A DNA stretch of 35,491 nt from an uncultured Defluviitaleaceae bacterium (lineage in GTDB: Bacteria > Bacillota > Clostridia > Lachnospirales > CAYYRV01). A program made the translations under genes and the position numbers. The notes under the pieces were generated by a model. It worked only from the letters and a program-made list of their open reading frames with translations. It ran no database searches and was not told the origin of the DNA. Below are positions 16,745 through 25,327 of the stretch, one piece after another; the stretch's first letter is position 1; each line of letters starts with the position of its first letter. The stretch is taken from the NCBI GenBank assembly GCA_964474135.1, contig CAYYRV010000025.1, forward strand, positions 1 through 35,491. The letters run 5' to 3'.

Positions 16745-18388
16745 TTAAAAAATCCAATCCATATCAAAATCTTGAAAAATCGAGCCTTCACTTTTTACAC
16801 GAGGATAAATTAAACTTGAATCTTTCTCTTTAATTTTTTGTACTTCAATATCAAATTTAATGTACTTAGATGGTATAGAGGAGGATTCATCCATAAACGG
16901 TGAAATTATATTATATAAAGCCAATACAAATTTATGCTTCTCATCAATAATAAAATCTCCTAATGTAACTTTCTCGGTATTTTTATGACCTTTTTTTCTA
17001 AAGGAAGATGTATACTCCGAAAAAGGGTTTTCATCATGATTTTGAAAAAAGCTATAATCCATCTTTATATCTAAATTAAATTCATAACATATTTCTAAAT
17101 ATAAATCCTTTAGTGTAGTTTCCTCTAAAAACTCAATTTTCTTCCAAAAAGCTTTATTATTTTTAAGCTTAATTTTTAACTCGTATATCTTTTTTGAATT
17201 TCTATATAACTTATCACTTATAAAATAGCCTAGTAAATCATCATTAATAATTAAATTCTTATTTTTATCTTCTTGTAGTATTGCTAATATCTTTTCAAAG
17301 AGACTTTCATCATAATTTATTTCTGGGTAGTTTTCGTTTTTGTTAACTTTAAAAAATTCTAGTCCCAACTCTGTAAGAGAAAAGTGGGAGCATGGTGAAA
17401 ACATAGCAACACTAATATCCTCTGTTTCGTTCATTGCATCAACTGCATAACTAATTTCTTTTAAATTATCATAAGGTAAAAGATATCCTGGATTAATTAG
17501 TCTTAAATAAAAACCAAAAGGAGTAAAGAAAACTCTATCAATTAATATACCTAAATAAAAAGTGCTTGAAATCATAGAATTATAAATTTCATCAAAAAGT
17601 AATTCATCACCTTCACCTTGATAATCCATTAGCTTTTCAATATTAAGCCCTATTGAGGAATATATATATTTAAAAATATCGTCTGTAGTAATAGGTTCTA
17701 TTAATATTGATAAAATATAGTCTCTGTTAATTGCTCCATTAGAAGGTATTAGTTCGTTTATACCTTTTATTACGATATCAATTGTTGCCAAAACAATCTT
17801 TTTAAAAATTTCTTCATTTTCATTAGAAAAAAATTCTTCATAATTAGATGTAACCTGTACTTTATGAGAATGTATGGAAGGAATTCTTTTTATTAGGTTT
17901 AAACTTGATGAAACTAGGATAAGGTATTCTATATAATATGGGTCGCATATAGTAAGGTTATCCAAAAGATATTTTTCGTGCTCACTTTCTAGTTTATTTC
18001 TATCATCAAAATAAAAGTCAGGTATACATGAGTCCAAAAGCAGCTTTAAATCAGAAACTACGTAATGTTCCTTTAAACTGCATTCTACAGAACGAAAATT
18101 TATTGTTCCCAAACGATTATATGAGTTGATATAAGGAAAAGTTGATATAGACGCATTTTTATGATATTGTTTGTTTAGTGAAGTAATCAAGTTTGCCGGG
18201 GAAAGAATAGTATCTTCAACTATAGCCGAAAAATACCACCTTCTATAAAAAGACATAAAATATTTTATAACTCGGCTTTTACCCTTTATGTTAGTAGATT
18301 TATAACTATCCTTAAAATTCTTTTCAAAGCTTTTAGTTATAATACTTAAATAATTATCATATTCCATAAAAATTTGTCTCACTTTCAA
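16745..18388 (-). CDS. Orphan hypothetical protein (547 aa, Y/F/I/N/K-rich, no signal peptide, no recognisable motif).
   Basis: A long ORF in an AT-rich background, flanked downstream by repeat G and a GGGGCT-TTCA-GCCCC hairpin, and located where truA is truncated. Confidence 0.55.
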   Translation of the reverse strand: MKVRQIFMEYDNYLSIITKSFEKNFKDSYKSTNIKGKSRVIKYFMSFYRRWYFSAIVEDTILSPANLITSLNKQYHKNASISTFPYINSYNRLGTINFRSVECSLKEHYVVSDLKLLLDSCIPDFYFDDRNKLESEHEKYLLDNLTICDPYYIEYLILVSSSLNLIKRIPSIHSHKVQVTSNYEEFFSNENEEIFKKIVLATIDIVIKGINELIPSNGAINRDYILSILIEPITTDDIFKYIYSSIGLNIEKLMDYQGEGDELLFDEIYNSMISSTFYLGILIDRVFFTPFGFYLRLINPGYLLPYDNLKEISYAVDAMNETEDISVAMFSPCSHFSLTELGLEFFKVNKNENYPEINYDESLFEKILAILQEDKNKNLIINDDLLGYFISDKLYRNSKKIYELKIKLKNNKAFWKKIEFLEETTLKDLYLEICYEFNLDIKMDYSFFQNHDENPFSEYTSSFRKKGHKNTEKVTLGDFIIDEKHKFVLALYNIISPFMDESSSIPSKYIKFDIEVQKIKEKDSSLIYPRVKSEGSIFQDFDMDWIF

Positions 18389-18487
18389 AATAAATTTTAA
18401 TATATGTTGATTGTATCAGAAATTAAGTGGTAAAATCAAGTATGTAATATTTTTTTGGAATATATAGTTTTTAATCGGAGGTAAGAC

Positions 18488-18805
18488 ATGATATACAGGT
18501 TTAAAACAGATACAGACATAAATAATGAAGTTAGTAAAGAAATAAAAGCACCTAAAATGTTTTCTGTAATAATGCATAATGACGATATTACAACAATGGA
18601 CTTTGTAGTAGAGGTACTTACAAAAATATTTCATAAAGATTTGGTGGAAGCAAGTAACATAATGATGGAAGTTCATAACAACGGAAAAGGTGTTGCTGGA
18701 ACATACACATATGATATAGCAATAACTAAAAAAATACAGGCAGAACAAATGTCGCATGAAAAAGGCTTTCCTTTAAAATTATCTTTAGACGAGGCGATTG
18801 AATGA
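18488..18805 (+). CDS. clpS: ATP-dependent Clp protease adaptor ClpS.
   Basis: 105 aa reading KMFSVIMHNDDITTMDFVVEVLTKIFH...EASNIMMEVHNNGKGVAGTYTYDIAITK. GGAGGT RBS. It overlaps the clpA start by 4 nt. Confidence 0.85.
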   Translation: MIYRFKTDTDINNEVSKEIKAPKMFSVIMHNDDITTMDFVVEVLTKIFHKDLVEASNIMMEVHNNGKGVAGTYTYDIAITKKIQAEQMSHEKGFPLKLSLDEAIE

Positions 18806-21030
18806 AATTAGATAGTATTTGTAATCAAGTATATGTTGTAGCTTTAAATGAAGCCAGAATACAAAATCATGAATATATTACACCTGAGCACTTTCTTTAT
18901 GCTGCATTAATGTTTGATGTAGGAAAAGAAATTATATCAAAAAGCGGAGGCAACCTAAAAAATATTCAAAATGACTTAATAAAGTTTTTTGAAAATACTA
19001 TTCCCAAAAAAGTATCAAACAGCCCTGTAGATTCATTTGAATTCGTAAGAATGTTTGAGCTTGCAACGGCACAAGCACATGGAAACGGTAAACAAACTGT
19101 TATTTTGGGAAATATTTTAGTTGCGATGTTTAATCTTCCTGAGTCTTTTGCTTCTTATATTATGTTAAAAAATGGTGTTGACAGACTTTTTATGTTGAAA
19201 CTAATTTCATCACAAATTGAAAAGGAACGTTCAGAGCAAGAAAACCAACAAGCTAATAACGTAAAAGAAACAGAACAAGAACTTCTTAAAAACTTTACAG
19301 TAAATTTGACAGAAAAAGCTAGAAATGGTCTTCTTGACCCATTAATAGGCAGAGAAACTATTATTGAAAGAACAATACAAGTTTTAAGCAGAAGACTAAA
19401 AAATAATCCTATTCATGTTGGCGACCCCGGTGTCGGAAAGACAGCAATTGTAGAAGGTATTGCACAAAAAATAGCAAATGAGGACGTACCTCAAATACTT
19501 AAAAATTCACAAATTTACTATATAGACATGAGTGCCGTTGTTGCAGGAACAAAATATAGGGGTGATTTTGAAGACAGACTTATAAAATTAATGGATGCAT
19601 TATCACGTGTTTCGAACCCTATAGTGTATATAGATGAAATTCATACTGTTGTAGGGGCAGGGGCAGTTTCTGGCGGTGGAATAGACGCTACCAGCATATT
19701 AAAGCCCTATTTAGCAAAAGGAGATATAAGGTTTATAGGTTCTACTACTTTTGAGGAATATAAAAAATATTTTGAAAAGGACAGAGCCTTATCAAGAAGA
19801 TTTCAAAAAATTGATATTCCCGAACCAGCAATTGATGAAAGCATAAAAATACTAAAAGGTATAAAAGAAAAATATGAATATTATCATAACGTAACTTACT
19901 CTGATGATATAATAAGGCTTGTATGCGAACTTGCAGAAAAATATATGAATGACAGATTTATGCCAGATAAAGCAATTGACATTATAGATGAAACAGGTGC
20001 ATATTTGAGAATGTGCAATTACGACGGAGTAACAAAATCTGTTTCTGATAAAGATATCGAGAGAACAGTTGCACTAATGGCTAAAATACCACAAAAAACT
20101 GTTTCTGGCAAAGAAATAGACAAGCTTAAAAATTTAGAGGAATGCATTAAAAGCCAAATTTTTGGTCAAGATGAAGCAGTAAAAGCTGTTGTATATGCAA
20201 TTAAGGCTTCACGTTCGGGATTAAATGATGCAGAAAAACCTGTTGCGAGCTTATTGTTTGTTGGTCCTACAGGTGTAGGAAAAACAGAAATTGCAAAACA
20301 ACTTGCCGATAACCTAAATGTGAAGCTTATAAGATATGATATGAGTGAATATCAGGAGAAACACTCTGTAGCAAGATTAATAGGTGCTCCCCCCGGATAT
20401 GTTGGTTATGAGGAGGGCGGTCTTTTAACAGAAGCTATTCGCAAAACTCCTCATTGTGTACTTCTTCTTGACGAGATTGAAAAGGCTCACCCTGATATTT
20501 ATAATGTACTTCTTCAAATTATGGATTATGGAAGCCTTACTGATAATATTGGCAAAAAAGCAGATTTCAGAAATGTTATCGTAATAATGACATCAAATGC
20601 AGGTGCAAAAGAAATAGGAAAAAGAGTTATTGGGTATGAAAACAAAAAAGTTAATACCTCTGCAATAGACAAAGAGGTAGAGCGTATATTTAACCCTGAA
20701 TTTAGGAATAGACTTGATGATATAATTGTTTTTAAACATATTGATAATGAAATGGCTAAACTAATTACAACAAAAGCTATTAATAGATTAGGAGAAAGAC
20801 TCTCAAATAAGCATATAAAAATTAAAATTACAGAAGAGGCAGAAAAATATATTTCATCAAAAGGCTTTTCAGAAGAATATGGTGCTAGGGAAATTATCCG
20901 TGTTGTTGATAAAGAAGTTAAAAAACTTTTGGTTGATGAGGTTCTTTTCGGAAAACTGTGTAATGGTGGTACTGCTACAGTAGACTATAAAAATAATAAG
21001 ATAGTTTTAAGAAGCAGGGCTAAAAAATAA
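18802..21030 (+). CDS. clpA: ATP-dependent Clp protease ATP-binding subunit ClpA (double AAA+).
   Basis: N-domain, then Walker A sites GDPGVGKT and GPTGVGKT. Sensor motifs and the GAREI(I/L)R C-terminal signature are present. Operonic with clpS. Confidence 0.9.
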   Translation: MKLDSICNQVYVVALNEARIQNHEYITPEHFLYAALMFDVGKEIISKSGGNLKNIQNDLIKFFENTIPKKVSNSPVDSFEFVRMFELATAQAHGNGKQTVILGNILVAMFNLPESFASYIMLKNGVDRLFMLKLISSQIEKERSEQENQQANNVKETEQELLKNFTVNLTEKARNGLLDPLIGRETIIERTIQVLSRRLKNNPIHVGDPGVGKTAIVEGIAQKIANEDVPQILKNSQIYYIDMSAVVAGTKYRGDFEDRLIKLMDALSRVSNPIVYIDEIHTVVGAGAVSGGGIDATSILKPYLAKGDIRFIGSTTFEEYKKYFEKDRALSRRFQKIDIPEPAIDESIKILKGIKEKYEYYHNVTYSDDIIRLVCELAEKYMNDRFMPDKAIDIIDETGAYLRMCNYDGVTKSVSDKDIERTVALMAKIPQKTVSGKEIDKLKNLEECIKSQIFGQDEAVKAVVYAIKASRSGLNDAEKPVASLLFVGPTGVGKTEIAKQLADNLNVKLIRYDMSEYQEKHSVARLIGAPPGYVGYEEGGLLTEAIRKTPHCVLLLDEIEKAHPDIYNVLLQIMDYGSLTDNIGKKADFRNVIVIMTSNAGAKEIGKRVIGYENKKVNTSAIDKEVERIFNPEFRNRLDDIIVFKHIDNEMAKLITTKAINRLGERLSNKHIKIKITEEAEKYISSKGFSEEYGAREIIRVVDKEVKKLLVDEVLFGKLCNGGTATVDYKNNKIVLRSRAKK

Positions 21031-21322
21031 TAAATTTCTTTTGAAACTATAAACCTAGGGGAAATATTTGAAAAATTTTCCTCCTACTTCTTAAAACTTT
21101 TAACAAAATGTTTTTTGTCACCATAGTTATACTATTTTTTCTTGCAAAGTTATAAGTAATCTGCTAAAATAACTTTTGTTGGTTATTGGATTTATTTAAT
21201 TAGAATCTGTATTTAATATGAAGTTGCTGGATTGGTTTTTATATGATGTAGAATAGTAGTGTCAATACCATCAATACGGTAGCTTAAATATATATGGTTC
21301 TTAAAAAGGGAGGTGCAATAAA

Positions 21323-21523
21323 GTGGCTAAATGTGAATTATGTGATAAAAGTATGCGTACCGGTCATAGAATTAGTATAACTCGTAGCCAGGTTTCAAGA
21401 CGTGCAAACAGAAGATGGAAACCTAACGTAAAAAAAATTAGAATAGTAGATAATGGTACTGTTAAAACAGTAAGTATTTGTACTAGATGTCTACGTTCTA
21501 ACAAAGTTACAAGAGCTGTTTAA
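21323..21523 (+). CDS. rpmB: 50S ribosomal protein L28.
   Basis: MAKCELCDK...RRANRRWKPNVKKIRI...VCTRCLRSNKV. GTG start with a GGGAGGTG RBS. Confidence 0.85.
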   Translation: MAKCELCDKSMRTGHRISITRSQVSRRANRRWKPNVKKIRIVDNGTVKTVSICTRCLRSNKVTRAV

Positions 21524-21541
21524 TTGTATATACTATTTTTA

Positions 21542-21580
21542 AAGAAGATACTTTTGATAAAGGTATCTTCTTTTATTTTT
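21542..21580 (+). terminator. Rho-independent terminator of rpmB.
   Basis: AAGAAGATAC-loop-GTATCTTCTT followed by TTATTTTT. Confidence 0.65.
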
Positions 21581-21701
21581 AGGGTGGACTTTTAATTAAC
21601 TGATAGGCTCTTATGAATAGTTTAGATTTAAAAAATTTTTTATTGACAAATAAGTGTACAGCTTTTAAAGTAATAAGATAAAAATAAAAGGAGGAAACAA
21701 A

Positions 21702-22421
21702 ATGATACCAACACCTCATATTTCATTAACAGATAAATCAAAGGTAGCAAAAACTGTTTTAATGCCAGGTGACCCATTAAGGGCAAAATATATAGCCGAT
21801 AATTTTTTGGAAAATGTAGAAAAAATAAATGAAGTGAGAAATATGTTAGGTTTTACAGGCACTTACAACGGTAAAAAAATAACTGTATTTGCCTCCGGTA
21901 TGGGTATGCCCTCAATAGGTATATATTCATATGAGCTTTATAATTTCTATGATGTTGAAAACATAATAAGAATCGGAAGTGCAGGAGCATATTCAGAAAA
22001 GCTTAAAATATATGATATAGTTTTAGCCTCTGAGGCATGGAGCGAGTCAAGCTATGCCAAAACACAAGACCCAGCATTTGATAAAGATATTATACAACCA
22101 AGTAAATCTTTAAATGAAAAAATTGAACAATCTGCAAAAAAATTAGGTATAGAATATACATTAGGAAGAATACACTCATCTGATGTTTTTTACAGAAAAC
22201 ATTTTCATGAATTTGAAGATATAGTTGCAAAAACAGGTAGTCTTTGTGCTGAAATGGAATCATTTGCATTATTCCATAATGCTAACGTTTCAGGTAAAAA
22301 CGCTGCTTGTCTTTTGACAATATCAGATTCTTTAGTTACTCATCAAGCAACTACAGCAGAAGAGAGAGAAAAATCATTTACAAATATGATGAAAATTGCA
22401 CTTAATGTAGATTGTGAATAA
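21702..22421 (+). CDS. deoD: Purine nucleoside phosphorylase, DeoD type.
   Basis: VLMPGDPLRAKYIADNFLEN...MLGFTGTYNGKKI...GMGMPS closely parallels E. coli DeoD. A possible promoter TTGACA-17-TAAAGT lies at 21643..21671. Confidence 0.85.
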   Translation: MIPTPHISLTDKSKVAKTVLMPGDPLRAKYIADNFLENVEKINEVRNMLGFTGTYNGKKITVFASGMGMPSIGIYSYELYNFYDVENIIRIGSAGAYSEKLKIYDIVLASEAWSESSYAKTQDPAFDKDIIQPSKSLNEKIEQSAKKLGIEYTLGRIHSSDVFYRKHFHEFEDIVAKTGSLCAEMESFALFHNANVSGKNAACLLTISDSLVTHQATTAEEREKSFTNMMKIALNVDCE

Positions 22422-22443
22422 GTAATTTTTTATAATTTAGCAA

Positions 22444-22490
22444 AAAGGTAAAGGGAAGCTTTTTATAGGAAAGGCTTCCCTTTACCTTTT
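22444..22490 (+). terminator. Rho-independent terminator of deoD.
   Basis: A perfect 16-bp stem (AAAGGTAAAGGGAAGC / GCTTCCCTTTACCTTT) followed by TTAAAAATT, with a T-run within the stem end. Confidence 0.7.
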
Positions 22491-22604
22491 AAAAATTGGC
22501 TTTATTGTTGTACGAGAAGCTATAAGCCCTAAAAATCAAAAGTTATTTGTATTGTAATTATGTAAATATGTTCGATATATTGATTTAAAGCGGAGGTATA
22601 GAGT

Positions 22605-23366
22605 ATGCTTGGTCTTTTTTATAAACTTAACTGTAGTTTTACAGAATCAGAAAAAGAAGAATGTAAACCTATTATCTACAAAATTATAAATTTAGTGAAT
22701 ATTGCTCGCCAAAAAGGAGTCTTAGTGTTAGAAATGGAGATGGAGCAAGAGCAGAGTTTATTTCTAAAAACAGCAATAGGTTTAGTGGTAGATGGCACTG
22801 ACCCAGCATTAGTAAAACAAATTCTTCAAAATATAATTTTAGCAGATAAATATGTTGGCTCAGATTTGCTTAGTAGATTACTTATAGCAGAAGGCATTCT
22901 ATCTGTACAACAGGGAGAAAACCCTAGAATTATTGCCTTAAAACTAAGTGCTATGCTTGGAGAAAAATATATTTTACAAATAGATGAAATGCTTAACAAT
23001 AAGGAATATGGATTAGCAGGTTTCCATCAATTTATGGAAACTATAAAAGACAAAAGACCATTACCAGAAAGTGAAAAATTTGAATCAGTGTTTTTACAAA
23101 TGGATAACAGATCCATACAAGTAGTTATACTAAATATAGATTATTCATGCTTACTAAAAGCTCTTTATGGGTGTAGCTATACACTTATTTGTAAGATAAC
23201 TGAAAATGTATCGACTGGAACGTGTTTAAGAATTAGTAGTGACTGGGAAGCCAATAAATTTTTAAGCAAAGAACATGTTATTGAGTGTCAAGAAAAGATT
23301 TTGAGAGAGGTAACCATTCTTCAGAGTAGAGGTGAAATTATTATCTCACATAAATATTCTTTTTAG
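22605..23366 (+). CDS. Standalone FliG-like protein (FliG middle plus C-terminal domain paralog, 253 aa).
   Basis: The C-terminal segment VVILNIDYSCLLKALYGCSYTLICKITENVSTGTCLRISSDWEANKFLSKEHVIECQEKILREVTILQSRGEI matches the FliG_C signature (vLrevD..LalALKGAs..l.ekIl.NmS.RA...L.eD.e.....l.dVeeAQ..I.....rLe..GEI). The N-terminal part resembles the FliG middle / MgtE-N helical repeat. Confidence 0.5.
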   Translation: MLGLFYKLNCSFTESEKEECKPIIYKIINLVNIARQKGVLVLEMEMEQEQSLFLKTAIGLVVDGTDPALVKQILQNIILADKYVGSDLLSRLLIAEGILSVQQGENPRIIALKLSAMLGEKYILQIDEMLNNKEYGLAGFHQFMETIKDKRPLPESEKFESVFLQMDNRSIQVVILNIDYSCLLKALYGCSYTLICKITENVSTGTCLRISSDWEANKFLSKEHVIECQEKILREVTILQSRGEIIISHKYSF

Positions 23367-23435
23367 AATAACACAAAATTAAAAATGAGGATATCTTACT
23401 ATACATATTTTAACATGAATTCAAAGTAATCAAAC

Positions 23436-23570
23436 CAGCCTGTGAAACAAGCTGAAAATCGTAAGATTTTTTACGTTATGAGCATAGATTTAGCCCGACT
23501 TTTCCTAAATTTATACTAATATTATCAAAAGTTCGATGCAGTTTTTATTACATCGAACTTACCTTATTTT
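23436..23570. repeat. MITE-like family 1 copy (forward orientation, left TIR missing).
   Basis: CCAGCCTGTGAAACAAGCTGAAAATCGTAAGATTTTTTACGTTATGAGCATAGATTTAGCC...ATCAAAAGTTCGATGCAGTTTTTATTACATCGAACTTACC. It aligns with 30961..31110 and rc(3131..3270). Confidence 0.6.
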
Positions 23571-23588
23571 AGAGCCTATATAGTTCTT

Positions 23589-24176
23589 TTATTTTTTATT
23601 TATATGTTCATCACTATTATTATTTGCTATAAGCTCAGAAATAATATTCCCATATAGCTTATTAATATTATTTTTCCAATTTTTACAAATAAGCTTTGCT
23701 TGGTCTCTTGTAACAACAGAAAGATTTATTTCCATAAGCATAGTCTCATCTTCATAAACTCCACACTTTACTATAAATTCATTATTAGCATGGTCATAAA
23801 AATAATTTGAAGTAACCTCATAATCTTTTTTTACAGATTTCCTGTTTTCTACAACATATTTATTTATTTTATTTCGGGTACTTATAGGAATATGCTTTTC
23901 GAGATATTCAAGAGTAGTTATTGCTTCATCGGTAATAGAGTAACGAGTATTGTTGTTGTCTTGCGTTTTTTCCAAATAGCCAGATAGCACCATTTCTGCA
24001 AGTGATTGCTGCAAATCGAAATAATTCATAAAATTTTCTTCTAAAGCAAACTGAGATATTTGAGAGTTAGACAAAGGTATATCCATTTTATCAATAAGGT
24101 ATAATAGCAATAGCTTATTTTCAGTTTGAGCATATTCTTCTAAAGAATCATTTCTTGATTCTGACAAAATAATCAC
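23589..24176 (-). CDS. Hypothetical protein, possibly DUF4364-like with an N-terminal winged helix.
   Basis: 195 aa with an N-terminal LLLLYLIDKMDIPLSNSQISQFALEENFMNYFDLQQSLAEMVLSGYLEK pattern. The assignment is from memory of the family pattern and was not verified. Confidence 0.35.
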   Translation of the reverse strand: MIILSESRNDSLEEYAQTENKLLLLYLIDKMDIPLSNSQISQFALEENFMNYFDLQQSLAEMVLSGYLEKTQDNNNTRYSITDEAITTLEYLEKHIPISTRNKINKYVVENRKSVKKDYEVTSNYFYDHANNEFIVKCGVYEDETMLMEINLSVVTRDQAKLICKNWKNNINKLYGNIISELIANNNSDEHINKK

Positions 24177-24269
24177 CTCAGCATAACAATTTCAAAAGCT
24201 TATTTCTTTAGAGCTTATCCCTAATTAAACTGACATAGTAATAGCGAAAACCTCTTAGTTATAAAAATC

Positions 24270-25193
24270 TTATTCATTATAATAAATACCTTGATATGTA
24301 TTTCTTCTTTTTAATTCTAAATCTATACCGTTTAACACTCTTCGCTTGTCTAAAAGAAATTTAGGTTCAACCAGCTGTTCTTTACTTCCATCTCCTGTAA
24401 TACGATGAATTACTACAGATTTAGGTAAAATTTCCAAACAGGAAACTACTATATCAATATATTCCTCATAAGTCAATGGTTTTAGCAAACCAGATTTATA
24501 TATTTTCTCCAACCTAGTTCCTCTAAGAATATATAATAGCTGTAATTTTATACCATCCAAGTTATTTTTAGAACAAAATTCGACTGTGTTAAACATATCT
24601 TGTTTACTTTCATTAGGCAATCCCAATATTACATGTGCTACGGTATGTATATTTATACTTCTCAGATTTAAAACCGCATTTTCAAAAACGTTATTATCAT
24701 AGCACCTATTAATAATGTTAGCTGTCTTCTCATTAGAAGTCTGTAGCCCTAGTTCTATCATTACAAAGTATTTTTTATTAATTTCATCTAAAAGCTGTAA
24801 TATTTCATCGCTAAGACAGTCAGGTCTTGTTGCTATAGAAATTCCAACTACATTGGGCAAACTCAATGCCTCATAATATTTTTCTCTCAACACTCTGATA
24901 TTTGCATACGTATTTGTATACGCTTGAAAATAAGGTATATACTTTGCTTCAGCCCATTTATTTGTTAGCTTTTCTCTAACCGAGATAAATTGTTCTGCAA
25001 TTGATTGTTTTGGATTACCCGAAAACTCTCCCGAGCCACTTTCACTGCAAAAAATACACCCTTCCGTTGAAAGTTTCCCATCTCTGTTGGGACAAGTAAA
25101 ACCGACATTTAAAGGTATTTTTATAACTTTGTAATTAAATTTATTTTTAAAAAAATAATTAAGAGAGTGATAATTTTTGTCAAACCATTTCAT
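24270..25193 (-). CDS. TIGR01212-family radical SAM protein (YhcC/YtqA-like). The start is more likely MKWFDK than the TTG at 25202.
   Basis: Cys motif CPNRDGKLSTEGCIFCSE near the N-terminus with a TIM-barrel-like body. A GAGGT RBS is placed correctly for the ATG at 25191-25193. Confidence 0.75.
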   Translation of the reverse strand: MKWFDKNYHSLNYFFKNKFNYKVIKIPLNVGFTCPNRDGKLSTEGCIFCSESGSGEFSGNPKQSIAEQFISVREKLTNKWAEAKYIPYFQAYTNTYANIRVLREKYYEALSLPNVVGISIATRPDCLSDEILQLLDEINKKYFVMIELGLQTSNEKTANIINRCYDNNVFENAVLNLRSINIHTVAHVILGLPNESKQDMFNTVEFCSKNNLDGIKLQLLYILRGTRLEKIYKSGLLKPLTYEEYIDIVVSCLEILPKSVVIHRITGDGSKEQLVEPKFLLDKRRVLNGIDLELKRRNTYQGIYYNE

Positions 25194-25327
25194 AATAAGC
25201 AAACCTCAAAAAAATTAATATGTATTATTATTGTATCAGAACTAATTAAATATTAATAGTATAAAAATATCGACTATTTTTTATTGGAATATTTTGTATT
25301 TTTATAACTTAATTTGTTATACTCGTT

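Noticed and set aside
18416-18757. 113-aa Cys/Tyr-rich ORF on the minus strand
   Set aside because: It is entirely antisense to clpS, has low-complexity composition typical of AT-rich antisense frames, and has no RBS.
21040-21320. A possible structured leader or riboswitch upstream of rpmB (about 150-nt 5' region with a TTGCAA-17-TAAAAT promoter)
   Set aside because: I could not recognise any known riboswitch or leader motif by eye. It is kept only as a putative promoter, not as a regulatory RNA.
22540-22604. Sigma-D/sigma-28 (TAAA-N15-GCCGATAT) promoter in front of the FliG-like gene
   Set aside because: A TTCGATAT box is present at 22579-22586, but no TAAA lies at the correct 15-16-nt spacing. 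This is not supportable.
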